From: an uncultured Candidatus Saccharibacteria bacterium
GTDB lineage: Bacteria; Patescibacteriota; JABMPQ01; JAQVVF01
Assembly: GCA_964574655.1 (NCBI GenBank)
Contig: CAZNOH010000001.1
Span: 329,852 to 393,851, forward strand
Direction of reading: 5' to 3'
DNA length: 64,000 nt
Part shown: positions 46,036-54,395 of the stretch, piece after piece
How the letters are laid out: every line of letters begins with the position of its first letter
How positions within the stretch are numbered: position 1 is the first letter of the stretch
Position numbers and translations under genes: made by a program
Notes under the pieces: model-generated
Told to the model about the DNA's origin: nothing
The model's database searches: none
The model's input: the letters and a program-made list of their open reading frames with translations, nothing else

Positions 46036-46131
46036 GTTTGTTTTATAAAATAATTTGTGCTACAATTTGATTATAACCGAAAATTAACCGAAATTCAAAG
46101 CGGTAGTTATCCACAGCTTTAATTAAATTTT

Positions 46132-46533
46132 ATGGACGTTTTTTCTAAAAAGAAGAGAAGCGAGATAATGTCGAAGATTCGTTATGAGAATACGGAAGTT
46201 GAGAGGATTATTTTTAGTGGATTGATAAAAAGAAAGATATATTTTCAGAAGCATTATAAAAAGGCTATTGGTTCGCCAGATATTGCTTTTCCGAGAAAAA
46301 AGATAGCAATATTTATCGATGGTGATTTCTGGCATGGAAGGCATTTTGCGAAAACAGAAAAAAGGCTTCCTAAAGAGTATTGGAGAGAAAAGATAAAGTC
46401 AAATATTTTGAGAGATAAAAGGAATCGATCAAAATTGAAAAGACAGGGTTGGAAGGTATTGAGGTTTTGGGAAGGCGAGATAAAGATGCGACCGAAAAAG
46501 ATAATAGGTCTCTTGATTATGTTTATAAAGTAG
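46132..46533 (+). CDS. vsr: very-short-patch repair endonuclease
   Basis: RSEIMSKIRYENTEVE...GSPDIAFPRKKIAIFIDGDFWHG. Confidence 0.75.
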   Translation: MDVFSKKKRSEIMSKIRYENTEVERIIFSGLIKRKIYFQKHYKKAIGSPDIAFPRKKIAIFIDGDFWHGRHFAKTEKRLPKEYWREKIKSNILRDKRNRSKLKRQGWKVLRFWEGEIKMRPKKIIGLLIMFIK

Positions 46534-46578
46534 TTTTTTAGAAAAATATATTTTTGACTAAATTAGATTACATCTATA

Positions 46579-48438
46579 ATGTCTACAAAAAAACAAATAA
46601 AGGAAATTCTTGAAAATATTGATAATGTTGCTGAAAACTCTAAATATTTGCATTCAGTAGCAGATGAATATCGAAAAGTTAGAGATTTGTATTTTGTGAA
46701 ATTGAAAGACGAAAAGAGTGCCAAAAGAATTCAATCGTTAATTGACGTGTTGAATTTTGTGATTTCTGACAATATGCTAAAAGAAGTATCGTCAGGAGTG
46801 TCAGAAAATGGAATATGTTGGAAATATCCTGATATTTCATTTTTTACTGAAAATGGTTTTAAAGAAGTGGAACAGGCATTTAAGACTACAAAAAGTATTA
46901 AACTAAAAGCAAGGTATTCAGATTTTTTTTGGTTATCCAAGAAGGATTATAAAAAAGCCAGAATCGCATTTGATAATTATTTCATTTTAATTAAGAAATA
47001 TGAAGAAGCGGACAAGAAAAATCCAATTGGTTATTTTGGACTTGATGTTTTAGATTCTACTAGAAGAGCTTTTCAAATATCAAAGAGTATTAGTTATCGA
47101 CAATCAGACATTATAAAAGAGATAGAGCGTTTGAGTTTGAATTTTAATTCAAAGAGTAGTTCGAAGTATAAACTAGTAATTGATCTTGTTTCAATAGCAC
47201 TCAATAACAAAAAAGAGTTTAAGAGTGAAGAGTTTTGGCAAGGATTAGTTCTTATTTGTGAGAAATATTATAAAGAATTGAGTAAAGACAAAAATTGGTA
47301 TTTTTCTAGGGATTATCTAAATAATGCTAAAAAAATTGAATTGATGATCTTTAGTAAGAAAAGCAAAAAGTGGGATAAATTGGTTGCAAAAAGTTATCTA
47401 TGCGAGGCTGATTATCATGGAATGCAAGAAAGTTTGGCAGAGCTACCTTCTTTATTGAGCTCAATTGAAGAATATAAAAAGTTAAAAGATTTCAGGAAAA
47501 CTGAAGAGTTAAAGAAACGCTACGAAAAAGCATCCAAAAATGTGAGACTTAAAGAATTAAGAACAGAGATAAATATTTCGAGAATTGTTACTGTTGCCAA
47601 AAATCAAGCAAATGAGTTGTGCAAACAGCGACCCGACGAAGTTTTTAAATATTTACTCTTGAGTCCGGATTTATTTCCGATATACAATAGTATAGAAATT
47701 GAGGCGAAAAAAAATGAAAAAAGATTTGTGTTCATGCATCTAGGCAGTCAAATTGTTTTTGATCAAAAGATGAATATTGCTCGAAGATATTGCTCTAAAG
47801 AAGAAAAACATTTTTTTGCAATTTTACGACAATTTGGAGTGTCTTTTATAATTAACAAGATTTATACAGATATTATTTTTGAGAAGTTAATCGAGAAAAA
47901 TATTTTGACATGGGTTAACACAAGTTCTTTCCTAAGAAAATATTGTTGGTACAAAAATGTTTATGAAGTAAAGAATGATAAAGGAATAACTTTATTTAAA
48001 TCACAAAAATGGCTTGATCTTATGGCACCCGGAATAAAATTATATTTAAATAACGCGAAAAAATATTTAAGAAAAAAAGATAAAAAAATTCCTTATTCAG
48101 AAATTATTTTGGCATCAGATTCATTGGCTATGAAAATAGAGGGAGTGATTAGAGAAATCTTCCGCAAATTGGGTAGATCTACTTTTAAGGTTAAAAGAAA
48201 GGGTGACGAGAACATTACAGTGGAAAAAGATTTAAATGATTTTTTGATTGATAATTTTTCAGAGCAAATGTTTTCTAAGGATTTGACATTATTAATGAGA
48301 TTCTTATTAATAGAACCATCGGGTTATAATCTAAGAAACAACATAGGACATTGCTTGATTCAAAAAGAAGATTATAATTTGTCAAATTTGCATTTTTTAT
48401 TTTTGATTTTGCTCAGATTGGGTAATTATAAATTTTAA
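46579..48438 (+). CDS. large hypothetical protein with C-terminal HEPN-like Rx4H motif (LRNNIGH); candidate defense protein
   Basis: 619-aa ORF, no P-loop; 12-nt gap to downstream Cas4-like nuclease gene. Confidence 0.4.
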   Translation: MSTKKQIKEILENIDNVAENSKYLHSVADEYRKVRDLYFVKLKDEKSAKRIQSLIDVLNFVISDNMLKEVSSGVSENGICWKYPDISFFTENGFKEVEQAFKTTKSIKLKARYSDFFWLSKKDYKKARIAFDNYFILIKKYEEADKKNPIGYFGLDVLDSTRRAFQISKSISYRQSDIIKEIERLSLNFNSKSSSKYKLVIDLVSIALNNKKEFKSEEFWQGLVLICEKYYKELSKDKNWYFSRDYLNNAKKIELMIFSKKSKKWDKLVAKSYLCEADYHGMQESLAELPSLLSSIEEYKKLKDFRKTEELKKRYEKASKNVRLKELRTEINISRIVTVAKNQANELCKQRPDEVFKYLLLSPDLFPIYNSIEIEAKKNEKRFVFMHLGSQIVFDQKMNIARRYCSKEEKHFFAILRQFGVSFIINKIYTDIIFEKLIEKNILTWVNTSSFLRKYCWYKNVYEVKNDKGITLFKSQKWLDLMAPGIKLYLNNAKKYLRKKDKKIPYSEIILASDSLAMKIEGVIREIFRKLGRSTFKVKRKGDENITVEKDLNDFLIDNFSEQMFSKDLTLLMRFLLIEPSGYNLRNNIGHCLIQKEDYNLSNLHFLFLILLRLGNYKF

Positions 48439-48450
48439 AAATATATATTT

Positions 48451-49209
48451 ATGTCCACATATTACAAATCCAATCGTACAAAAAATATCTACGATCCAAA
48501 AAGCAAAGAGCCATACAAATTATCTCGCTCAAAGATTGAGAGTTTTTTGAGATGTCCGAAATGTTTTTATTTAGACAGGCGTCTTGGAGTTGGCCAGCCA
48601 CCTAGTTATCCTTTGAATTTGAATACTGCAGTTGATCATCTTCTCAAAAAAGAATTTGATTTGCACAGAGCAAAACAAAAAGCGCATCCGTTGATGAAAG
48701 CTTATGGGATTAAAGCAGTTCCTTTTGCTCATGAGATGATTAATGAGTGGCGAGAAAATTTTAAAGGCGTTAGATATCATCACAAGTCGACCAATTTCAT
48801 TATTTCTGGAGCAGTTGATGATTTATGGAAAGATACAAAAGGCAAGATTATTGTTGTTGATTACAAGGCGACAAGCAAGGATGCAAAAGTAACTTTGGAT
48901 GCAGAATGGCAAGGCGGATACAAAAGGCAGATGGAAATATATCAGTGGTTGCTTCGCAAGAATGGTTTGAAGGTTTCTGATACTGGTTATTTTGTTTATT
49001 GCAATGGAAAGAGAGACAGAAAAGCATTTGATGCAAAATTAGAATTTGATATTGATTTATTGCCATACGAGGGCGATGCTTCTTGGATTGAAAAGACTTT
49101 GAAAGATATTAAAAAATGTTTGAATGGAAAAATGCCGAAATCAGATGATGATTGCGATTATTGTAATTATCGGAATGCAGTTGAAATCGCAGAAAAACGC
49201 AGAAGCTAA
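48451..49209 (+). CDS. Cas4/RecB-family PD-(D/E)xK nuclease with four-Cys cluster
   Basis: N-terminal RCPKCFYL (CPRxxY-like), VDDLW...IIVVDYKAT (D..DxK), QMEIYQ (QxxxY), C-terminal CDYCNY. Confidence 0.65.
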   Translation: MSTYYKSNRTKNIYDPKSKEPYKLSRSKIESFLRCPKCFYLDRRLGVGQPPSYPLNLNTAVDHLLKKEFDLHRAKQKAHPLMKAYGIKAVPFAHEMINEWRENFKGVRYHHKSTNFIISGAVDDLWKDTKGKIIVVDYKATSKDAKVTLDAEWQGGYKRQMEIYQWLLRKNGLKVSDTGYFVYCNGKRDRKAFDAKLEFDIDLLPYEGDASWIEKTLKDIKKCLNGKMPKSDDDCDYCNYRNAVEIAEKRRS

Positions 49210-49237
49210 TGCAGAAAATACGGAATTTATTAAAACT

Positions 49238-49513
49238 ATGTATTATCTTTATATTTTAGAATGCGCTGATAAGACTTTATATACTGGAATTACAACAGAT
49301 TTGAAGCGAAGATTGATTGAGCATAATAATTCTAAATTAGGTGCAAAATATACATGTGCTAGAAGACCAGTAAAATTAGTTTATTCTAAAAAATTTAAAA
49401 CCAGATCATCTGCTAGTAAGGAAGAAGCTAGAATTAAAAAATTGAAAAAATCGGATAAATTGGAATTGATTCGTAGGGGTTCAACCCTGTCATTCGACAG
49501 GGCAAGTATTTGA
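49238..49513 (+). CDS. GIY-YIG nuclease domain protein (YhbQ/UPF0213-like); 3' end overlaps REP element
   Basis: YYLYILECADKTLYTGITTDLKRRLIEHN...EEARIKKLK. Confidence 0.6.
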   Translation: MYYLYILECADKTLYTGITTDLKRRLIEHNNSKLGAKYTCARRPVKLVYSKKFKTRSSASKEEARIKKLKKSDKLELIRRGSTLSFDRASI

Positions 49514-49521
49514 ACCCCTAC
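49473..49521. repeat. REP element GTAGGGGTTCAA-[CCCTGTCATTCGACAGGG CAAGTAT]-TTGAACCCCTAC
   Basis: GTAG...CTAC ends; same family as 51063 and 51375. Confidence 0.65.
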
Positions 49522-49536
49522 TGTTTTATTTTTGTC

Positions 49537-49565
49537 TTGAAATTTGGTCTGAATTGGCGTAATAT
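49537..49565 (+). promoter_or_regulatory. sigma70-like promoter for tRNA-Gln: -35 TTGAAA, 17-nt spacer, -10 TAATAT
   Basis: Read directly; ends 12 nt before tRNA 5' end. Confidence 0.45.
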
Positions 49566-49577
49566 GATCTTGATTAT

Positions 49578-49648
49578 TCCGGGATCATCTAATGGTAGGA
49601 TAGCAGGTTCTGGACCTGCTTATCTTGGTTCGAATCCAAGTCCCGGAG
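49578..49648 (+). tRNA. tRNA-Gln (anticodon CTG)
   Basis: Acceptor TCCGGGA/TCCCGGA 7 bp, anticodon stem GCAGG/CCTGC with loop TTCTGGA, T-arm CTTGG-TTCGAAT-CCAAG; manual fold, D-arm short. Confidence 0.65.
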
Positions 49649-49662
49649 TGAAATGTAATTTT

Positions 49663-51045
49663 ATGTTAAAACACCACTTTTTCACGCCAGAGTACATGAA
49701 TGTTTTTGATCTGGATCAAATCTACATGACGAGCTCAATGTGGCATGACACAAAAATGAAAGATACTTGGGCGACTTTTGATCTGATTGTCAGAGACATG
49801 CCAAAGAATAGAAACTTTTTAATTTTTACTGGCTTGGAAGAAATGGCAACACATCTGCAAAATTGGAAATATACTGATGAGCAAATTGCAATGCTTAAGA
49901 AAATGAAATTAATTTCTGATAATTTTGCAAAATATTTAAAGAATTTAAAATTTGAAGGCGATGTTTATGCAATGCCAGAAGGCAGTGTTTTTTTTAATAA
50001 TGAGCCAGTTGTCAGAATTACAGCGCCTTTAATTCAATGCAATCTGTTGACAGCATTTTTAATTACTTCTTTGAGTTCTAATACAATTTTTTCTTCAAAA
50101 TTTGTAAGATCAGTTATTGCTGCCAAAGGTAAAAGTGTAATTGGTCCAAGCTCAGTGAGAGCGCAAGGTTTTGAATCTGCTTTCAAAGCGCAAAGAAGCG
50201 CCTATATTGTTGGAAGCAAACAAGTGCCTTCTCCGGTTGTTAGAGATTTTCTGAACATACCAATGGGCGATAACGTAACAATTGCTTATCATGCTTTTAT
50301 TAATTCTTATGAATCTGAACAAGAAGCGATGCAAGTTGCCGCAGATCATGCAAAAGTTGATCTTGCATTAATGGTGGATACTTATGATTATGATAAAGGT
50401 ATTGAAAACGCAATCGTAATTGGAAAGCAGTATAAAAGAATGGGCAAGAATTTAAAAATAGTCGTGGATAGCGGTGATCTATATGAGAATGTAAGCAAAG
50501 TTAGAAAAAGGCTTGATAAGGTTGGTTTGCAAAATATTAGAATTATAGTTGCGAGCAATTTAGATGAATATAAAATTACTGATTTAATGAAAAAGAAAAT
50601 TCCTGCTAATATTTTTATCGTTGGTACTGAAGCTGTGACGTCATCAGATGTTCCAAAACTAGAAGTTGTTTATAAAATTTCTGAAATAATTGAAAAAAGT
50701 GGCAAGATAATTAATAAAATGAAATTGTCGCCAGGCAAGATGAGCTTGCCAGGCCGAAAACAGATTTATAGAAAATTTAAAAATAATTATTTTGAAAAAG
50801 ATGTTATTGGTTTGGAAGGCGAGAAGGGATTGGGCGAGCCATTATTGAAACCGATATTTAAAAAAGGAAAATTAGTTCATGATTTGCCAAGTGTTTTAAA
50901 AATTAGAGATTTTGTGAAAGAACAATTAAAACAGTTGCCAAAAAGATATTTAGAAATTGAAAAGACTTATAAATATCCAGTTGAAATTAGTGATAAATTA
51001 AATAAATTACTTGATAAAACAAAAAAAGAAATTCAGGCGAGATAA
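49663..51045 (+). CDS. pncB: nicotinate phosphoribosyltransferase
   Basis: FDLDQIYMTSSMWH N-term, VDTYD and VVDSGDL motifs; upstream part of ORF-track ORF overlaps tRNA and is rejected. Confidence 0.6.
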   Translation: MLKHHFFTPEYMNVFDLDQIYMTSSMWHDTKMKDTWATFDLIVRDMPKNRNFLIFTGLEEMATHLQNWKYTDEQIAMLKKMKLISDNFAKYLKNLKFEGDVYAMPEGSVFFNNEPVVRITAPLIQCNLLTAFLITSLSSNTIFSSKFVRSVIAAKGKSVIGPSSVRAQGFESAFKAQRSAYIVGSKQVPSPVVRDFLNIPMGDNVTIAYHAFINSYESEQEAMQVAADHAKVDLALMVDTYDYDKGIENAIVIGKQYKRMGKNLKIVVDSGDLYENVSKVRKRLDKVGLQNIRIIVASNLDEYKITDLMKKKIPANIFIVGTEAVTSSDVPKLEVVYKISEIIEKSGKIINKMKLSPGKMSLPGRKQIYRKFKNNYFEKDVIGLEGEKGLGEPLLKPIFKKGKLVHDLPSVLKIRDFVKEQLKQLPKRYLEIEKTYKYPVEISDKLNKLLDKTKKEIQAR

Positions 51046-51062
51046 AATAAATTTGGAGGGGA

Positions 51063-51087
51063 GGGGTTGAAAATATTCAACCCCTAC
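51063..51087. repeat. REP element GGGGTTGAA-AATA-TTCAACCCCTAC immediately upstream of RAYT
   Basis: Same family as 49473. Confidence 0.6.
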
Positions 51088-51095
51088 AGATTATA

Positions 51096-51671
51096 ATGGA
51101 ATATAATTTTTCAAAACGTCGTCGTAAATTAATTAGGTTGAAAGGATTTGATTATTCTAGCGATAATTGCTACTTTATAACAATTTGTACGAAACAAAAG
51201 GAATGTTTGTTTGGCAATATTATAAATCAGAAAATGGTATTAAATAATGCCGGAGTTATTGCAAAAAAATATTGGTTAGAAATTCCAAAGCATTATCAAT
51301 ATATAATTTTAGACGAATATATTGTGATGCCAAATCATATTCATGGAATTTTGGTGATCGATAAAAAATATCCGGTAGGGGTTCAATATATTGAACCCCT
51401 ACGCCAAAATAAATTTCAAAAAATTATATCTGGTTCAATTGGTGCGATCGTTCGTGGTTATAAAATCGGAGTGACAAAATGGTATAGACAAAATACAAGA
51501 TATAAAATTGTTTGGCAAAGATTATTTTATGACCACATTATCCGCGACGAACGATCGTTAAATATTATTCGAAATTATATTAAAGAAAATCCCAAAAATT
51601 GGTTATTTGATAGGAACAATATCGAGGACATCGGATTATTGAATGCAATAATTGAAATCAAAAAATTATAA
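51096..51671 (+). mobile_element. REP-associated tyrosine transposase (RAYT, IS200/IS605-like Y1 HuH transposase)
   Basis: IRLKGFDYSSDNCYFITICTKQKECLFG, HuH MPNHIHGIL, C-terminal WQRLFYDHIIRDERSLNIIRNYIKENP signature; REP copy embedded in-frame at 51375..51402. Confidence 0.75.
51375..51402. repeat. REP element GTAGGGGTTCAATATATTGAACCCCTAC inserted in-frame within RAYT CDS (encodes VGVQYIEPLR)
   Basis: Perfect 12-bp palindrome arms; frame checked (offset 279 from start). Confidence 0.65.
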
Positions 51672-51703
51672 ATTTTTTATATATTAATTAAAAACAAAAA
51701 AAC

Positions 51704-52702
51704 ATGAAAAATAAGATATTTATTATTGTTTTGGCGGTATTATTTTGCAGTGCTTTTGGTTATTATGTTTTGGCAGCTAAAAAGCAAGATATTACGCTAA
51801 CAAGAAATAAGACAGTCCTTGTCAAGGGTGAAAAAGTAAAATTGTCTGGAACGGTAACGCCAAAAAGAAAAAATGTTGAAGTGAAAATTTATTCAAAAAA
51901 AAGGAAAACAGGCCAGTTTTCTTTATTTAAGACTGTAATAACAAATAATAAAGGCAATTATAAATATAGCTTTAGACCTGACAAAACTGCTTATTATCAA
52001 CTTAAAGCTGAAGTTAGTAGTAAGACCTTGATTAGCAAAACAAAGAAAATAAAAGTTGGAATCGTGCCGGTATTAAGAAATTTAGAGTTTAATTTTGATA
52101 GATATAATCCAGATACTAGCAGGGCAGGAGCATTTTTGTTTGGATCTTTTGATTCGCAGATTTTTCTGGAATTTGGCGATACTGTTGTTAATGATCAAGG
52201 ACCAAAGATGTTGGCGACTTTTGAATATAGAGTTGATCCAAATGCAAAGCTATATGCTGTTTCGTATGGAACTGTCTATCGAGTTCATTATAAAGCCACA
52301 GAAGGTGATTATGAAATTTTGACTTATACTTCTGATAATTCTGAAGATGAACTAAGTTGGAATGTTAATTATGATCATCTGCAAAATCCTAATGTAAAAG
52401 TTGGGGACGTGGTAAATGCCGGAGATGTATTGGGTAACGCTGGAGCTTGGACTGATGGGTTAGCTAGGACAGAATTGATCGTTACTGACGGCTATGTTAA
52501 TGGATCGTATGCGTATTGTCCATTTGATTATTTTGAACCAAAACTAAAAGTTATGTATGAACAAAAGATGACTAATTTGATGCTCGATTGGGAAAGTTAC
52601 AAGAATGATCCTGCTATTTATAATCAGAGCGCAATGGTTGCGCCTGGATGTTTGTATCATAAAATGGTTGACGACGGTGGCGGTGCGCACCCAGCAAATT
52701 AA
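51704..52702 (+). CDS. secreted hypothetical protein
   Basis: Signal peptide MKNKIFIIVLAVLFCSAFG. Confidence 0.4.
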   Translation: MKNKIFIIVLAVLFCSAFGYYVLAAKKQDITLTRNKTVLVKGEKVKLSGTVTPKRKNVEVKIYSKKRKTGQFSLFKTVITNNKGNYKYSFRPDKTAYYQLKAEVSSKTLISKTKKIKVGIVPVLRNLEFNFDRYNPDTSRAGAFLFGSFDSQIFLEFGDTVVNDQGPKMLATFEYRVDPNAKLYAVSYGTVYRVHYKATEGDYEILTYTSDNSEDELSWNVNYDHLQNPNVKVGDVVNAGDVLGNAGAWTDGLARTELIVTDGYVNGSYAYCPFDYFEPKLKVMYEQKMTNLMLDWESYKNDPAIYNQSAMVAPGCLYHKMVDDGGGAHPAN

Positions 52703-52724
52703 TTTGATAAAGAATGCAAGTTTG

Positions 52725-52757
52725 TAGGGAACAAATATTTTGTTCCCTATTTTTTTG
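52725..52757 (+). terminator. rho-independent terminator TAGGGAACAAA-TATT-TTGTTCCCTA + T7
   Basis: 11-bp stem + T-run. Confidence 0.65.
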
Positions 52758-52801
52758 CAAATAAAAAAAGGCTCATTGAGTCTTTGTGAATAAAGTTCTT
52801 T

Positions 52802-53467
52802 TTAGAGAGCGGTGAACCACTCGCCGAGAGTAGATGCCTTCTTTTTCATCATCTTTCTGGCTAAGATATATGCTTCATGCCAATGCCTATCAGAATAGGA
52901 ATCGCGAATATTTTTCCAATCCTTAAACGTTGATTCGACTTCTTGCATTTTTTCCAAAGCGAGTTCTGTTACTTTACTTTTGGCATGCTCTTTATATATT
53001 TTCAGCCATTCTGCAAATGTAGAATCTACTTCTGACATCCTTCTGAAAGCTAATGTTTCAAGATCGTTGCCTTCTTTTTTGCCTGTAGATTCGTAGTGAT
53101 AGATTTCAAACCATTCATTTAGTGAGAGATCCATTTCTTCTATTTTTCTTAAAGCTACTAAATTTAGTTCGCTTCCTAGAGCCGAATTATCATAATACCA
53201 TCTCCATATTTTTAGAGTGGTGTTTATTACTCCAATCTTTTCTAGAGCGAGGATTTTCAATCTATTCCCGGAAGTAGAAGCCTTGTATACATCATGCTAT
53301 TCGTAAATAGTAAGGTTAAATTCTTTCATTTTTGCTAGCGCTAGTGTTTGTTGTTCGTTGTTAGTAGATGCAGAGTTATAGATTTCTTGCCAGGTGGTAA
53401 AGGAAAAATCTTTTTGTTCCAGTTCCTCTATGGATAGTTTTAAAATTTTTTCCAGGTTCATGTACAT
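52802..53467 (-). pseudogene. tandem-repeat protein (ExxxxSTFxEWxxIYxE units) interrupted by in-frame TAG at 53297..53299
   Basis: Strong SD GGGAGGA before ATG 53467; same frame continues after TAG into 152-aa ORF that lacks own ATG/SD. Confidence 0.4.
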
Positions 53468-53619
53468 GGTCTTCCTCCCTTGGCTGTTTTTCGGTTTAGA
53501 GGGTGCGAGAATCTTTAGAACAATTTAAAGTAACATATTTTATAATATTATGCAAGAGTATTGCGCAGATTTGTTTTCAGTTGATTTTCAGCTTTATTTG
53601 ATATAAAATAGTTAAGCTT

Positions 53620-54294
53620 ATGAGAATATTAGTAATCGAAGATGACAAAAAGATTGCCTTAGCAATCAAAAAAGGGCTAGAACAAGAGTCTTATTCTGTT
53701 GATGTTGTTTTTGATACAAAAGATGACAAATTAGGTTTAGCTTTATTGATAAATTATGACTTAATAATTTTGGACAGAATGTTGCCTGGAATTTCTGATG
53801 GTCTAAATATTTGCAAAAAATTAAGAAATGAAGGCAAAAAAATGCCAATTTTAATTTTGACTGCAAAAGATAAAATTAATGAACGAGTGGAAGGCTTGGA
53901 CGCTGGAGCAGATGATTATTTGATTAAGCCTTTTGCTTTTGAAGAATTATTGGCAAGGGTTAAAGCATTGCTTCGGAGACCAAATCAAGCTTTGAATCAA
54001 GTTTTAAAAGTCGGTGATTTGTCATTAGATACACAAACTTTCAAAGTAATGCGAAAAAATATTGAAATTAAATTATCAAGTACTGAATTCAAGTTATTAG
54101 AATATTTAATGAGAAATAAAGGTAGGATTTTGACAAAAGACAATATTATGGAACACGTTTGGGATTATGATGCAGAGATTTTGCCAAACACAGTTGAAGT
54201 ATTCATTGGCTATTTGCGTAATAAAATCGATAAGCCATTTTCTAATTCGGGCCATGTTCAAACAATCAGAGGATTTGGGTATAAAATAGAATAG
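53620..54294 (+). CDS. OmpR/PhoB-family response regulator
   Basis: Receiver (ILVIEDD, LDRMLPG, KPF) + winged helix (RGFGYKI). Confidence 0.8.
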   Translation: MRILVIEDDKKIALAIKKGLEQESYSVDVVFDTKDDKLGLALLINYDLIILDRMLPGISDGLNICKKLRNEGKKMPILILTAKDKINERVEGLDAGADDYLIKPFAFEELLARVKALLRRPNQALNQVLKVGDLSLDTQTFKVMRKNIEIKLSSTEFKLLEYLMRNKGRILTKDNIMEHVWDYDAEILPNTVEVFIGYLRNKIDKPFSNSGHVQTIRGFGYKIE

Positions 54295-54395
54295 TAATAA
54301 TATTTAATATTCAGTATTCAATTTTCTGATTTATGCTAAGAACTTAATTATATAATTGAATATTAAATATTGAATATTAGCGATTAATCTAGACG

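Noticed and set aside
46106-46114. Perfect DnaA box TTATCCACA in the dcm-vsr divergent region
   Set aside because: It is a single isolated box with no cluster or AT-rich DUE, so not an origin; at most a coincidental or operator-like site.
49124-49237. Upstream extension of the GIY-YIG ORF
   Set aside because: It overlaps the 3' end of the Cas4-like gene in another frame. The conserved GIY-YIG domain starts at MYYLYIL (49238).
49510-49662. N-terminal 51 codons of ORF-track ORF 49510..51045
   Set aside because: They overlap the tRNA-Gln gene and its promoter. Homology to NAPRTase begins at the ATG at 49663.
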